Under the pieces are notes generated by a model. That model worked only from the letters and a program-made list of their open reading frames with translations, was not told the origin of the DNA and did no database searches. Of a DNA stretch of 64,000 nt, positions 50,065-60,180 are shown piece after piece (position 1 is the first letter of the stretch; each line of letters begins with the position of its first letter). Source of the stretch: an uncultured Erythrobacter sp. (GTDB lineage: Bacteria > Pseudomonadota > Alphaproteobacteria > Sphingomonadales > Sphingomonadaceae); NCBI GenBank assembly GCA_947503155.1, contig CANNCL010000002.1:676637-740636 (forward strand), given 5' to 3'. Position numbers and translations under genes: made by a program.

Positions 50065-52365
50065 ATGGATGGTTCGATGGCAAATCCGGCGGGAAGCTCC
50101 GGAACAGATATTGAGCGCGCCGCAACCCAAGCGCCGGCGCAATCAATGCGCCAGTCACCGCGTTGGTGGCGGCAATTCATTGTCGCCTCGCGCCGTGCCA
50201 ATATCTACCTCTGGCTCGAAATCCTCTCTGTCCTGTCATTGATGGTCGCGATTTTCGCGAATTACATGGCGTATTCGGACGCTCCAGAGACAGGCGAGGT
50301 GCTCCCAACACTGCAAGTATCGCTGCTTTTGCTCGCGGTTCTGGTCCCCTCAATGGCCATATTGGTTTTGATCGGGCGCCGCATGGCGATGGCGCGGGCG
50401 GCAGGCAGCACGGCAAGGTTGCATGTGCGGCTTGTGTTCTTCTTTTCTATGGTCGCGGCCGTTCCCACTCTGCTTGTCGCAGGTTTTGCTGCGTTCTTGT
50501 TTCAAACCGGCGTGGATTTCTGGTTTTCAGACGAATCCCGCGGGCTGATGGAAAATGCCAATGAGCTGGCCCAAAGTTATTATGATGCGAACCAGCGCCA
50601 GGTCGAAGGGGAAACGATCACGATGGCCAGCGATATGCGGGTCATTTTGGAGCGTGTTCCTATCGCAGACCCGGATTTTCCGGATTTTTATGCGGTGCAA
50701 ACGCAGGGGCGGCAAATTTCCGAAAGCGCCATTTTGCAACGCTTGGATGATGGGACATTACGCACCGCCGCGATCCTAAACCTATTGGAAGATAACCGCC
50801 CATTAGAATTCAGCATGGCCGCTTTGCCTCAGCTCGATGCTGGGGCATTCGTTGTGGTGGAGGGTAGCCCTGAGCGGATTGCTGCCGTCGCGCCGATTGA
50901 TCGGGAGGCAGGCGTCTATCTCTACAATGCGCGCACCACCGAAGAATCGATGTTCAATCAATGGGAGAGCGCTCAGGCAATCTCCGCCGCTTACGAAACG
51001 CTGACCCGCGAAGCGCGGACGTTGCAATTGCGTTTCAACGTTGCGCTTGTGGCGATGAGCTTGCTTTTGGTTGGTATCGCGGTTTGGTTCGCATTGCGCT
51101 TTGCAGATCGGCAGGTTGAACCGCTCACCGATTTGGTTGGTGCGGCGCGTAAAGTGGGGCAGGGCAACTTTGCCCTACGGCTAGAAGGGCGCACCGGCGC
51201 GGATGAGATTGGCCTGCTAAACCGTGCGTTCAACCGCATGACATCGCAGTTAGAGAAACAGACCGACGATCTGGTGAGCGCAAACCGCCAAATTGATGAC
51301 CGGCGCGCCTTTATGGAGGCAGTTCTGGAATCGGTGACGGCGGGCGTCATTTCTGTCGATGACGACAGCCGTGTCTTGCTTATGAACAGCTCTGCGCAAA
51401 AATTGCTCGGCGGAGATGCCGCTTGCGAAGCGTCCTCAGATGATCTGACCGGGCAATCTTTGTCGGTCTTGTCGCCGGAAATTTGCCAGATGGTGCGCGA
51501 TGATAATAATCGCGCGATTGTGACCCATGCAAAGGGCGGTGAGCTCCTAACACTGGCGGTGAAAGTGGCACCGGGCAGCAGCGGTCACGTCATCACATTC
51601 GAAGACATCACCCGCCAATTGGTCGATCAACGCCAAGCCGCATGGTCCGATGTTGCGCGGCGGATTGCGCATGAGATCAAAAACCCTCTGACCCCGATCC
51701 AGCTTGCGACAGAGCGCCTCAAACGGCGTTACCGCAAACAAGTGACAGAAGAAGATGGCGAGTTGTTCGACGAACTCACCAGCACCATTGTGCGCCAAGT
51801 CGGTGACCTGCGCAAAATGGTTGATGAATTTTCGAACTTTGCGCGCCTACCGAAACCGGTTTTCCGCAATGAAGACGCGGTCGATCTCGTCCGGCAAGCG
51901 GTGTTCTTGCAAGAGGTCGCGCACCCAAAAATCGCTTTTGCTGTTTCTTCTGATGAATTGTCCGACCGCATGATCCAATGCGACCGGCACCAACTTGGCC
52001 AAGCAATGACCAATGTGGTCAAAAATGCCGTCGAAGCGGTCGAAGCGCGCGCTGGCACTGCTGGTGAAGGTTATGCGGGCGCGATCCGTGTCACGATGGC
52101 GGATTCAGGATCACATATCGCTATCACCGTTGCTGATAACGGGATCGGCTTGCCGTCTGACCGCGAACGAATTGTCGAACCCTATGTGACCACCCGCGAA
52201 AAGGGCACCGGCCTGGGTCTCGCGATCGTGAACAAGATTGTCGATGAACATGGCGGCGATATGAATTTCGCCAGCGCAGAAAACGCCGACGGAGAAACCG
52301 ACGGCACCCGCGTTACCTTGCGGTTTGATCGCAACCCGCAACTTTCCGAAAGCGAGGGCGCCTAA
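50065..52365 (+). CDS. ntrY: Sensor histidine kinase NtrY
   Basis: TM segments, HAMP, PAS, AWSDVARRIAHEIKNPLTPIQL, GTGLGL. Confidence 0.93.
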   Translation: MDGSMANPAGSSGTDIERAATQAPAQSMRQSPRWWRQFIVASRRANIYLWLEILSVLSLMVAIFANYMAYSDAPETGEVLPTLQVSLLLLAVLVPSMAILVLIGRRMAMARAAGSTARLHVRLVFFFSMVAAVPTLLVAGFAAFLFQTGVDFWFSDESRGLMENANELAQSYYDANQRQVEGETITMASDMRVILERVPIADPDFPDFYAVQTQGRQISESAILQRLDDGTLRTAAILNLLEDNRPLEFSMAALPQLDAGAFVVVEGSPERIAAVAPIDREAGVYLYNARTTEESMFNQWESAQAISAAYETLTREARTLQLRFNVALVAMSLLLVGIAVWFALRFADRQVEPLTDLVGAARKVGQGNFALRLEGRTGADEIGLLNRAFNRMTSQLEKQTDDLVSANRQIDDRRAFMEAVLESVTAGVISVDDDSRVLLMNSSAQKLLGGDAACEASSDDLTGQSLSVLSPEICQMVRDDNNRAIVTHAKGGELLTLAVKVAPGSSGHVITFEDITRQLVDQRQAAWSDVARRIAHEIKNPLTPIQLATERLKRRYRKQVTEEDGELFDELTSTIVRQVGDLRKMVDEFSNFARLPKPVFRNEDAVDLVRQAVFLQEVAHPKIAFAVSSDELSDRMIQCDRHQLGQAMTNVVKNAVEAVEARAGTAGEGYAGAIRVTMADSGSHIAITVADNGIGLPSDRERIVEPYVTTREKGTGLGLAIVNKIVDEHGGDMNFASAENADGETDGTRVTLRFDRNPQLSESEGA

Positions 52366-52426
52366 TGTCACCAATCCCGCGCTTTCAAACGAAACCCCAC
52401 TACAATCCCCCCTCAAGGAGAGGTGC

Positions 52427-53815
52427 ATGGCCCTCGACATACTGATCGTAGATGATGAACGCGATATTCGTGATTTGGTAGCCGGTGTGCTCGGCGATGA
52501 AGGCTATCAATGCCGCACCGCCGCCGACAGCACCAGCGCGCTTGCCGCGATTGATGAACGGCGGCCCAGCGTCGTGTTGCTCGATGTGTGGCTGCACGGC
52601 AGCGAGCTTGATGGGTTGGAGACGCTGGACGCGATTAAGGTGCGAGAGCCGGACGTGCCGGTCATCATATTCTCAGGCCACGGCAATATTGATACCGCCG
52701 TTTCTGCGGTGAGCCGCGGGGCAATGGACTTCATTGAAAAACCGTTCGAGGCTGAACGATTGTTGCTGTTGGTCGAGCGCGCCACGGAAACAGAGCGGTT
52801 GCGGCGTGAAAACACTCAATTGCGCGATTCAAGCTGGGGCAGCGCGGATTTCACCGGCAATTCCGCCGCGATAAACACGGTGCGTGCGACGCTGAAACGG
52901 GTCGCGAACACCGGCAGCCGCGTGCTTATTGCTGGCCCTGCTGGTGCGGGCAAAGAGGTCGCGGCGCGGATGCTCCATGCTTGGAGTACACGGTCGGACA
53001 ACGCCTTTGTCCTCGTCAATTCGGCGCGGATTACGCCGGAACGTTTCGAACAGGAATTGTTCGGCGAAGAGGCAGACGGCAAACAGGTCCGCCCCGGACT
53101 GCTTGAAATGGCCGATGGCGGTACGCTTTATCTCGATGAAGTGGCCGACATGCCGCTATCGACGCAGGCCCGAATATTGCGGGTCCTTACCGAACAAAGT
53201 TTCGTACGCGTAGGCGGCACTCGCCAGATCGGTGTCGATGTTCGGGTTGTGTCCTCCACCACGCGCGATTTGGCGGTGGAAATGGAGGAGAAGCGGTTCC
53301 GCGAAGACCTGTTTTACCGGCTCAATGTGGTGCCGGTTACGATCCCTTCACTCGCGGATCGCCGTGACGATATCCCGGCATTGGCGGACCATTTCTTCAC
53401 CCGTTATTCCAACGATCAAGGGATCCCGCCGCCCGACATTTCTGAAGAAGCGATGGCAGCGCTGCAGGCATATGATTGGCCCGGCAATGTGCGTCAGTTG
53501 CGCAATGTGGTGGAACGAACGATCATCATGACACCGCGCGACCGGCTGACGGTTGTGGAAACGGATATGCTCCCTGCGGAGATTACTGGCGGGCGGCTCG
53601 CCGCGTCGGGGCAAGGCTTGTCAGCGATGATGGGTGTGCCATTGCGCGAGGCGCGCGAGAGTTTTGAACGCGAATATCTCACCATTCAGATCAGACGTTT
53701 TTCGGGAAATATCTCCAAAACGGCGACCTTTATCGGGATGGAACGTTCGGCGCTGCACCGGAAACTCAAACTGCTCGGCATGGCCGATCGGCGTGAGGCG
53801 GAACGCAAAGGGTAG
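52427..53815 (+). CDS. ntrX: Response regulator NtrX
   Basis: MALDILIVDDE receiver, AAA+ domain lacking GAFTGA, C-terminal MERSALHRKL; SD AAGGAG. Confidence 0.93.
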   Translation: MALDILIVDDERDIRDLVAGVLGDEGYQCRTAADSTSALAAIDERRPSVVLLDVWLHGSELDGLETLDAIKVREPDVPVIIFSGHGNIDTAVSAVSRGAMDFIEKPFEAERLLLLVERATETERLRRENTQLRDSSWGSADFTGNSAAINTVRATLKRVANTGSRVLIAGPAGAGKEVAARMLHAWSTRSDNAFVLVNSARITPERFEQELFGEEADGKQVRPGLLEMADGGTLYLDEVADMPLSTQARILRVLTEQSFVRVGGTRQIGVDVRVVSSTTRDLAVEMEEKRFREDLFYRLNVVPVTIPSLADRRDDIPALADHFFTRYSNDQGIPPPDISEEAMAALQAYDWPGNVRQLRNVVERTIIMTPRDRLTVVETDMLPAEITGGRLAASGQGLSAMMGVPLREARESFEREYLTIQIRRFSGNISKTATFIGMERSALHRKLKLLGMADRREAERKG

Positions 53816-53996
53816 GGCGTCAAAACCACTGCCGCCCGCGTCTCATGCAATTTGCGTCAGACTTGTTGCTACAAATTCAAGGATTGCGGCCATGGCTCTC
53901 AACGGTCATGAGGGTCTGCAGCTGTACTCACACGAAGATGTGACATCGGCGTTCTGCGGACCGTAAAGGCGGCCGCCAATAATAGGAGCATGTAAT

Positions 53997-54638
53997 ATGT
54001 CCAATGCGCGAACTCTCTCACCGCGCCCTCGCAAAGATGGCGGTTCTACGCCGTCCAAAGGCGGAGCGAGCCAGTCATCCGGCGGCAATTCCTCCCGGCA
54101 AGGCAATCTACAAGACGCCTTTCTCAACCTTTTGCGAAAGAACAAAACCCCGGTCACCATGTTCCTTGTGAAGGGTGTGAAGCTTCAGGGGATTGTCACA
54201 TGGTTTGACAATTTTTCGATCCTGCTGCGCCGTGATGGTCAGTCACAGTTGGTTTATAAGCACGCGATTTCCACGATCATGCCCGGCGGGCCGGTCGATG
54301 CGGAACAATTCGGCAATCGCACTGGCAACACAAAACAACGCATGTTGCAGGACGTATTCCTCAGCCGCGTTAGCGATGCCGGGGTGCAGGTCACGATGTT
54401 CCTTGTGAACGGTGTGATGTTGCAAGGGCGGATTGCGGCGTATGATCTGTTCTGCATGTTGCTGGAGCGGGACGGCGCGGTGCAACTCGCCTATAAACAT
54501 GCGGTTTCCACCATTCAGCCCGCCAGCCCGGTCGACCTTTCGGACGAAGAGGATGACCTGGACGATGATGATGATGATGATGGCGGCGAAGATGACGACG
54601 ACGGTGAAGACGGCGACGAATTCGGGCCCGACTACTGA
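53997..54638 (+). CDS. hfq: RNA chaperone Hfq with two tandem Sm domains and an acidic tail
   Basis: Two copies of LQD.FL...V.MFLV.GV.LQG...FD/YD....QL.YKHA.ST; Asp/Glu-rich C-terminus. Confidence 0.94.
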   Translation: MSNARTLSPRPRKDGGSTPSKGGASQSSGGNSSRQGNLQDAFLNLLRKNKTPVTMFLVKGVKLQGIVTWFDNFSILLRRDGQSQLVYKHAISTIMPGGPVDAEQFGNRTGNTKQRMLQDVFLSRVSDAGVQVTMFLVNGVMLQGRIAAYDLFCMLLERDGAVQLAYKHAVSTIQPASPVDLSDEEDDLDDDDDDDGGEDDDDGEDGDEFGPDY

Positions 54639-54655
54639 GCTTTGATGATGACTTG

Positions 54656-55954
54656 ATGGACGAGGTAACCCGCGGCGCGCGGGCCGTGGTCCTATGCCCG
54701 GATATTAGGCGTTTCACCTACGATCTCGATGCCGAAGAAAGGCTGGCGGAGGCGCAAGGTTTGGCGCTGGCAATCGGTGTGGAAATTCAACATTCCGCCG
54801 TCCTGCCCATTCGTCAAATGCAGCCAAACACCCTGTTTGGATCGGGACAAGTTGAGAATATTGCCGTCTGGTGCGAGCAATATGAATGCGAATTGGTGAT
54901 CGTCGATGGCGCGCTCTCCCCCATTCAACAGCGCAATTTGGAAGACCGCCTAAAACGTAAAGTGATCGATCGCACCGGATTGATCCTAGAGATTTTCGGA
55001 GAGCGCGCCGCCACAGCAGAGGGGCGTTTGCAGGTCGAACTGGCGCATCTCGACTATCAACAAAGCCGCCTTGTACGCAGTTGGACCCATTTGGAACGGC
55101 AACGCGGCGGCTTTGGTTTTCTTGGCGGGCCGGGGGAAACCCAGATTGAGGCCGATCGCCGGATGATCCGCCAAAGAATGGGGCGTTTGCGGCGGGAACT
55201 GGAACAAGTGCGCAAGACCCGGACTTTGCACCGCGAACGACGGGGAAGGGCGCCTTGGCCCGTCATCGCGCTTGTCGGTTACACCAATGCAGGAAAATCG
55301 ACCCTTTTCAACCGGTTGACCGGCGCTGACGTGATGGCTGAAGATCTGCTGTTCGCTACGCTCGATCCGACCATGCGAGCGATAAGTTTGCCGGGCGTGG
55401 AAAAAGCGATTTTGTCGGATACGGTGGGCTTTATCTCTGACCTTCCGACCCAACTTGTCGCGGCATTCCGCGCGACTTTGGAAGAAGTCACCGGGGCGGA
55501 CATTATTTGCCACGTCCGCGATATGGCCAGTCCCGCCCATGCGGCGCAGAGAAAACAGGTCTTGGATGTGCTCGCCGATCTGGATGTGGTCGACGCGGAA
55601 ACTGGAACAAGCGACATTCCGATCCTTGAGGTTTGGAACAAGGCCGATTTGATCGGGGAAGACCGGCTAAACGAACTGCGCGAAGCAGCGAGCGGCCACG
55701 ATGCGGTGCTTGTATCGGCGGTTAGCGGGTCTGGCGTTGACGATTTCGCGGCGAAGATCGCGGATATGCTCACGGTGCAAGCGAGCGAAGTTACGGTCAC
55801 TTTATCGGCGTCCGATGGGCGGCGATTGGCATGGCTTCATGCGCATGGTGATGTGATCAGTGAAGAAGATGCTGGGGAGGGGGAGGACGGCCCGCTGCGC
55901 CGTTTAACAGTGCGGTTGAACCCTAAGGAATTGGGGCAATATTCAACGATATGA
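54656..55954 (+). CDS. hflX: GTPase HflX
   Basis: GPGETQIEADRR, GYTNAGKS, FATLDPT, DTVGFI and NKAD motifs. Confidence 0.96.
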   Translation: MDEVTRGARAVVLCPDIRRFTYDLDAEERLAEAQGLALAIGVEIQHSAVLPIRQMQPNTLFGSGQVENIAVWCEQYECELVIVDGALSPIQQRNLEDRLKRKVIDRTGLILEIFGERAATAEGRLQVELAHLDYQQSRLVRSWTHLERQRGGFGFLGGPGETQIEADRRMIRQRMGRLRRELEQVRKTRTLHRERRGRAPWPVIALVGYTNAGKSTLFNRLTGADVMAEDLLFATLDPTMRAISLPGVEKAILSDTVGFISDLPTQLVAAFRATLEEVTGADIICHVRDMASPAHAAQRKQVLDVLADLDVVDAETGTSDIPILEVWNKADLIGEDRLNELREAASGHDAVLVSAVSGSGVDDFAAKIADMLTVQASEVTVTLSASDGRRLAWLHAHGDVISEEDAGEGEDGPLRRLTVRLNPKELGQYSTI

Positions 55955-55972
55955 CACTGTATAACAGAGTGT

Positions 55973-56755
55973 TTATGATGTTCTTTCGATTTTCTTGACG
56001 CGTTGCCAATAGGCTTCTTGCTCGTCCAGCGAGAGGTTCTCAAAGGCGTTACCGTCTTGTGCAGCCAATTCTTCCATTTGCCGAAACCTGCGTTCAAATT
56101 TTGAATTTGATGCCTTGAGGGCCTGTTCCGCATCAACACCGTATCGGCGGATGATGTTAACCGCGACAAACAGAACATCGCCCGCTTCGACCAAACGTTC
56201 AGCTTCGCTGGCTTCGTCCAACTCTTGGAGTTCTTCGGCCAGTTTATCGCGCGGGCCTTTCATATCATGCCATTCAAAACCAATGCGGGCCGCGCGTTTT
56301 TGGAGCTTTTCTGAACGCATTAGGGCTGGCAAAGCACCGGCGACGCCGTCCATTGCGCTGGTCGATCCTGTGCCAGATCGCTCGTCAGCCTTCAGGTCCT
56401 CCCAGCGTTTGGCATCCATTTGGCCGGTTTCTTCACCGAAAATATGCGGATGGCGGCTTTCCATTTTGTCGCTGATGGATCGGGCGACGTCGTCAAAGGC
56501 AAAAAGGCCGGCTTCTTCCGCCATGCGCGCATGGAACACGACTTGGAGCAGTAGATCGCCGAGTTCGGATTTGAGTTCGGCCATATCGCCGCGTTCGATA
56601 GCGTCGGATACTTCGTAGGCTTCTTCGATTGTGTATGGCGCGATGGATTTGAAATCCTGCGCGCGGTCCCATTCGCAGCCGCCGTCAGGATCGCGCAAAC
56701 GCGCCATGACCTTTAAGAGGCGCTGCAATTGCGGTATCTCGGCGTTTTTGGTCAT
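55973..56755 (-). CDS. mazG: Nucleoside triphosphate pyrophosphohydrolase MazG
   Basis: RLRDP..GCEWD, IEEAYEV, ELGDLLLQVVFH and second domain EELQE..GD motifs. Confidence 0.95.
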   Translation of the reverse strand: MTKNAEIPQLQRLLKVMARLRDPDGGCEWDRAQDFKSIAPYTIEEAYEVSDAIERGDMAELKSELGDLLLQVVFHARMAEEAGLFAFDDVARSISDKMESRHPHIFGEETGQMDAKRWEDLKADERSGTGSTSAMDGVAGALPALMRSEKLQKRAARIGFEWHDMKGPRDKLAEELQELDEASEAERLVEAGDVLFVAVNIIRRYGVDAEQALKASNSKFERRFRQMEELAAQDGNAFENLSLDEQEAYWQRVKKIERTS

Positions 56756-56784
56756 GAAGGGGGCGCTCTGGTTCGTGCCTATAT

Positions 56785-56812
56785 CAGAATGATAATATAT
56801 ATTATGTTAAAT
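56785..56812 (+). other. XerC/XerD recombination site (chromosomal dif)
   Basis: CAGAATGATAA-TATATA-TTATGTTAAAT: the XerD arm is identical to the canonical TTATGTTAAAT, with a 6-bp spacer and an ATAA-ending XerC arm. KOPS polarity converges on it. Confidence 0.85.
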
Positions 56813-56874
56813 TAAGTTGAGCCTAGTTTGGGGCGTTTCCGACTATGCGGCTCCTAACGCCCACTGATACTGCC

Positions 56875-57057
56875 CTAATTCGGAAGTGTTGCTCCGAAGA
56901 AATCGGCAATCACAAACAGGCCAACAAAGATCGCGACCCAAATCAAAGCAATCTGCAAAATCTTGCTCCAACCCAATCTGTAACTCGCAAATGCGCTGCC
57001 AACCACAACGAGCCAGCCAACCAGCGCTACAATTAAAATTAATGCACCGTCGCTCAC
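56875..57057 (-). CDS. Small hypothetical membrane protein (60 aa, two TM helices)
   Basis: Hydrophobic helices; GTGA overlap with the upstream MBL gene. Confidence 0.65.
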   Translation of the reverse strand: MSDGALILIVALVGWLVVVGSAFASYRLGWSKILQIALIWVAIFVGLFVIADFFGATLPN

Positions 57058-57836
57058 GCTGTCATCTCCAATCCATCAAAACCAACCGTCACAAAGTCGG
57101 GAACCTCGTCCACAAGACTGCGGTAATCCATGCTCTTATCAAGATGGCTTAGCACAAGCCGCCCAGCGCCGACACGTTTCCCAAGCTCAATGGCCATCGC
57201 CAAATGCGCATGCGTGGGGTGCGGGTCGCGGCGTAAACAATCGCTGACAAGGATATCGACACCATCAAATAGGTCGATCATATCATCGGAAATTGCACTA
57301 AAATCCGTAGCATAAGCGATAGACTTACCATCGGCTTCGAAGCGGTAACCGGTTGTTTCACCCGACCCATGCGCCATTTGACACCAATCCACGCCAAAGC
57401 CCGCAATCATCCTCAGCCTGTCCAGCGTGTCGATTGTACACATCGTGGGATAGCCCTCTTGCCCGGCAAAGACGTACCCAAACCTTTGGCGCAAACGCCG
57501 GACAGTATCGGTGGATGCGTAAGACGGAATCGGCCCGCCGCGGCCATAGCGCAGCACCCTCAGATCATCGATGCCGTGGCAGTGATCGGCATGGTCATGG
57601 GTCCAAAACACGCCGTCGATCCGCCCGATACGGTTTGCCAGCAATTGCGCACGGCAATCGGATGATGTGTCGATCAGCAGCCGTTTGCCTTCATCGCTTT
57701 CGACCAAAATGGAAACGCGCGTGCGCCGGTTGCGGGGTTCATTGGGATCGCAATCGCCCCAATCGCCCGTGCCATCTTCGCCGCCAACACGCGGCACACC
57801 TGTAGAGGTGCCGGAACCGAGCATGATGAACTTCAC
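57054..57836 (-). CDS. Metallo-beta-lactamase fold hydrolase (PhnP/YcfH-adjacent type)
   Basis: LGSGTSTGVP, THDHADHCHGIDD, YATD and SHL motifs. Confidence 0.9.
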   Translation of the reverse strand: MKFIMLGSGTSTGVPRVGGEDGTGDWGDCDPNEPRNRRTRVSILVESDEGKRLLIDTSSDCRAQLLANRIGRIDGVFWTHDHADHCHGIDDLRVLRYGRGGPIPSYASTDTVRRLRQRFGYVFAGQEGYPTMCTIDTLDRLRMIAGFGVDWCQMAHGSGETTGYRFEADGKSIAYATDFSAISDDMIDLFDGVDILVSDCLRRDPHPTHAHLAMAIELGKRVGAGRLVLSHLDKSMDYRSLVDEVPDFVTVGFDGLEMTA

Positions 57837-58609
57837 AGCGTCGCTTTCGTAAACAAATTGGTGAAATTTGCGGTTGTTTGTTCGGCGAGCAATTCAGGTT
57901 CAACCCCGCGCAATTGCGCCATAAACCGCGCCGTATCTGCCACAAAAGCAGGTTCGCATGGACGCCCGCGATGCGGAACCGGTGCGAGGAACGGACTGTC
58001 GGTTTCAACAAGCAAACGGTCCGATGGAATTTCGGATGCGGCGGCTTGCAAATCTTTGGCGTTCTTAAACGTGACGATCCCCGATATCGAAATCGTCAGG
58101 CCCAGCTCAAGCACTTTGCGGCCAAAATCCGCTGACGCCGTGAAGCAGTGGATCAGCGCGGGAAAGGCGCCCTTCTCCATTTCTTCGCTCAGGATTTGGT
58201 ATGTGTCGTCCTCCGCATCGCGGGTGTGAATGATCACCGGCAATCCCGTTTCGCGCGCGACATCAATGTGCATGCGAAACAATTTGGCCTGTGTTTCGCG
58301 GTTTGAATGTTCGTAGAAGTAATCAAGCCCGGTTTCGCCAATGCCGATCACACGCGGGTTTTGTGTTGCTGCGAACAACACCCCCCGCCCCAGATCCTCG
58401 TGACCGTCGGCCTCATGCGGGTGAATGCCGACGCTGGCGAATACGTCGTCTTCGCGCGTGGCAGTCGCGACGACTTGTTCCCATTCGCTGTGTTTGGTGG
58501 AGATATTGAGGAAGGCCCCCACCCCCGCCTCTCGCGCACGCGACAACACGCCGATTTGATCTTCGACGACGCCCTTATATTCCAAGTGGCAATGGCTATC
58601 GATGAGCAT
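57833..58609 (-). CDS. tatD: TatD family deoxyribonuclease
   Basis: DSHCH, GIHPH, IGETGLD, IHTRDA, HCF and VETDSPFLAP motifs. Confidence 0.93.
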   Translation of the reverse strand: MLIDSHCHLEYKGVVEDQIGVLSRAREAGVGAFLNISTKHSEWEQVVATATREDDVFASVGIHPHEADGHEDLGRGVLFAATQNPRVIGIGETGLDYFYEHSNRETQAKLFRMHIDVARETGLPVIIHTRDAEDDTYQILSEEMEKGAFPALIHCFTASADFGRKVLELGLTISISGIVTFKNAKDLQAAASEIPSDRLLVETDSPFLAPVPHRGRPCEPAFVADTARFMAQLRGVEPELLAEQTTANFTNLFTKATL

Positions 58610-60180
58610 CAGGCGGGCTCTTCTTCTGGCATATCAAGGCGCGGGAAGATCGGCGTAGGTTTTGCAACGGTGAAACCGCTTTCTACGAGGCGGTTGAACC
58701 AGTCACTGTCATTTAACGCTGCAAATGACCGTTCATTCTGCGGGATACCCAGTTGATCCAGCAAAGCGGCGGCCTTGTCCGGTACGACGGGTTGGATCGC
58801 TATACCAAGGTCCCGAAGCGCGACGAATATCGTTTGTAGCACGACCTTCATCCGCTCTGGATCAGTCTTTTTCAGGCCCCAAGGCGCTTGTTCATCGACA
58901 TATTGATTGCATGCATAAACCGCTTTGATCCACGCCTCCAAACCTACCGAAAACGCGTATTTATCAAACTCTTGCGGCAATTCGGTCGCACAAGCTTTGT
59001 GCACCACATCCAGCAATGCCGCATCAGCCTCGGCGGGCTCAAACTTGCTCAGAACCCCGTCCATATTCTTTGCGATCATCGACAGTGTCCGCTGAGCCAG
59101 ATTGCCAAGACTGTTCGCAAGTTCGGCGTTGGTCCGCGTAACAATCGCCGTTGCGGAATAGGAACCGTCTTGGCCAAAGGCGACTTCGCGCATCAGGAAA
59201 TAGCGCAGATTATCAACACCAAATTGCTCAGCCAAAGCAAGCGGATCGGTCACATTACCCAGCGATTTGGATTCTTTCAGCCCGCGATTAAGCAGGAAGC
59301 CGTGGCCGAACACGGCCTTTGGCACAGGCAGCTTCGCGCTCATCAAGAATGCCGGCCAATAGATGGTGTGGAAACGGACAATGTCCTTTCCGATCAGATG
59401 GAGGCTCGCGGGCCAAAACTTGGCCATCTCAGGTGTTTCGTCTGGGAAACCGAGACCCGTGAGGTAATTGGTCAGTGCATCGACCCAGACATACATTACG
59501 TGATTGTCGCTGCCGGGTACTTTGACGCCCCAATCGAAACTGGTGCGGCTGACGGAGAGATCACGCAAGCCCCCCTCGACAAAGGCGATCATTTCGTTGC
59601 GGCGGCTTGCTGGCTCTAAGAAACCGGGAGTGTTCAGGAGCTTAAGCAGTGGTTCCTGATATTTCGACAAGCGAAAGAACCAGCTTTCTTCGACCGTCCA
59701 TTCCACCGGCGTGTCTTGCGGGGAAAGTTTCGCGCCGCCCTCGCCCTCTTTCAACTCGCTTTCGTCGTAATAGGCTTCGTCGCGGACAGAATACCATCCC
59801 TCGTACCGGTCGAGATACAGATCGCCGGCTGCCTCCATGCGCTGCCAGATCGCTTGGCTGGCGCGGTGGTGATCGGGCTCTACGGTGCGGATAAAACGGT
59901 CAAAACTGATGTTAAGTGCGTCATCCATCTCACGGAAATAGCCGGACATTTCGTCCGCCAATTCGCGCGGGGTGCGGCCTTGTTCCTCGGCCTTGCGCGC
60001 CATTTTCAGGCCGTGTTCGTCGGTACCAGTCTGAAAACGAACCTCGCGGCCTTGCAAACGTTGAAAACGCGCGATGACATCGGCGGCAATCCCTTCATAA
60101 GCGTGCCCGATATGCGGGCGGCCATTGGGGTAATTGATCGCAGTTGTGATATAAAACGGGGATGTGTCGGTATCAGCCAT
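58609..60180 (-). CDS. metG: Methionine--tRNA ligase (short form)
   Basis: YITTAINYPNGRPHIGH, GTDEHG, YVWVDAL, GKDIVRFH and KESKS (KMSKS variant) motifs. Confidence 0.96.
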   Translation of the reverse strand: MADTDTSPFYITTAINYPNGRPHIGHAYEGIAADVIARFQRLQGREVRFQTGTDEHGLKMARKAEEQGRTPRELADEMSGYFREMDDALNISFDRFIRTVEPDHHRASQAIWQRMEAAGDLYLDRYEGWYSVRDEAYYDESELKEGEGGAKLSPQDTPVEWTVEESWFFRLSKYQEPLLKLLNTPGFLEPASRRNEMIAFVEGGLRDLSVSRTSFDWGVKVPGSDNHVMYVWVDALTNYLTGLGFPDETPEMAKFWPASLHLIGKDIVRFHTIYWPAFLMSAKLPVPKAVFGHGFLLNRGLKESKSLGNVTDPLALAEQFGVDNLRYFLMREVAFGQDGSYSATAIVTRTNAELANSLGNLAQRTLSMIAKNMDGVLSKFEPAEADAALLDVVHKACATELPQEFDKYAFSVGLEAWIKAVYACNQYVDEQAPWGLKKTDPERMKVVLQTIFVALRDLGIAIQPVVPDKAAALLDQLGIPQNERSFAALNDSDWFNRLVESGFTVAKPTPIFPRLDMPEEEPA

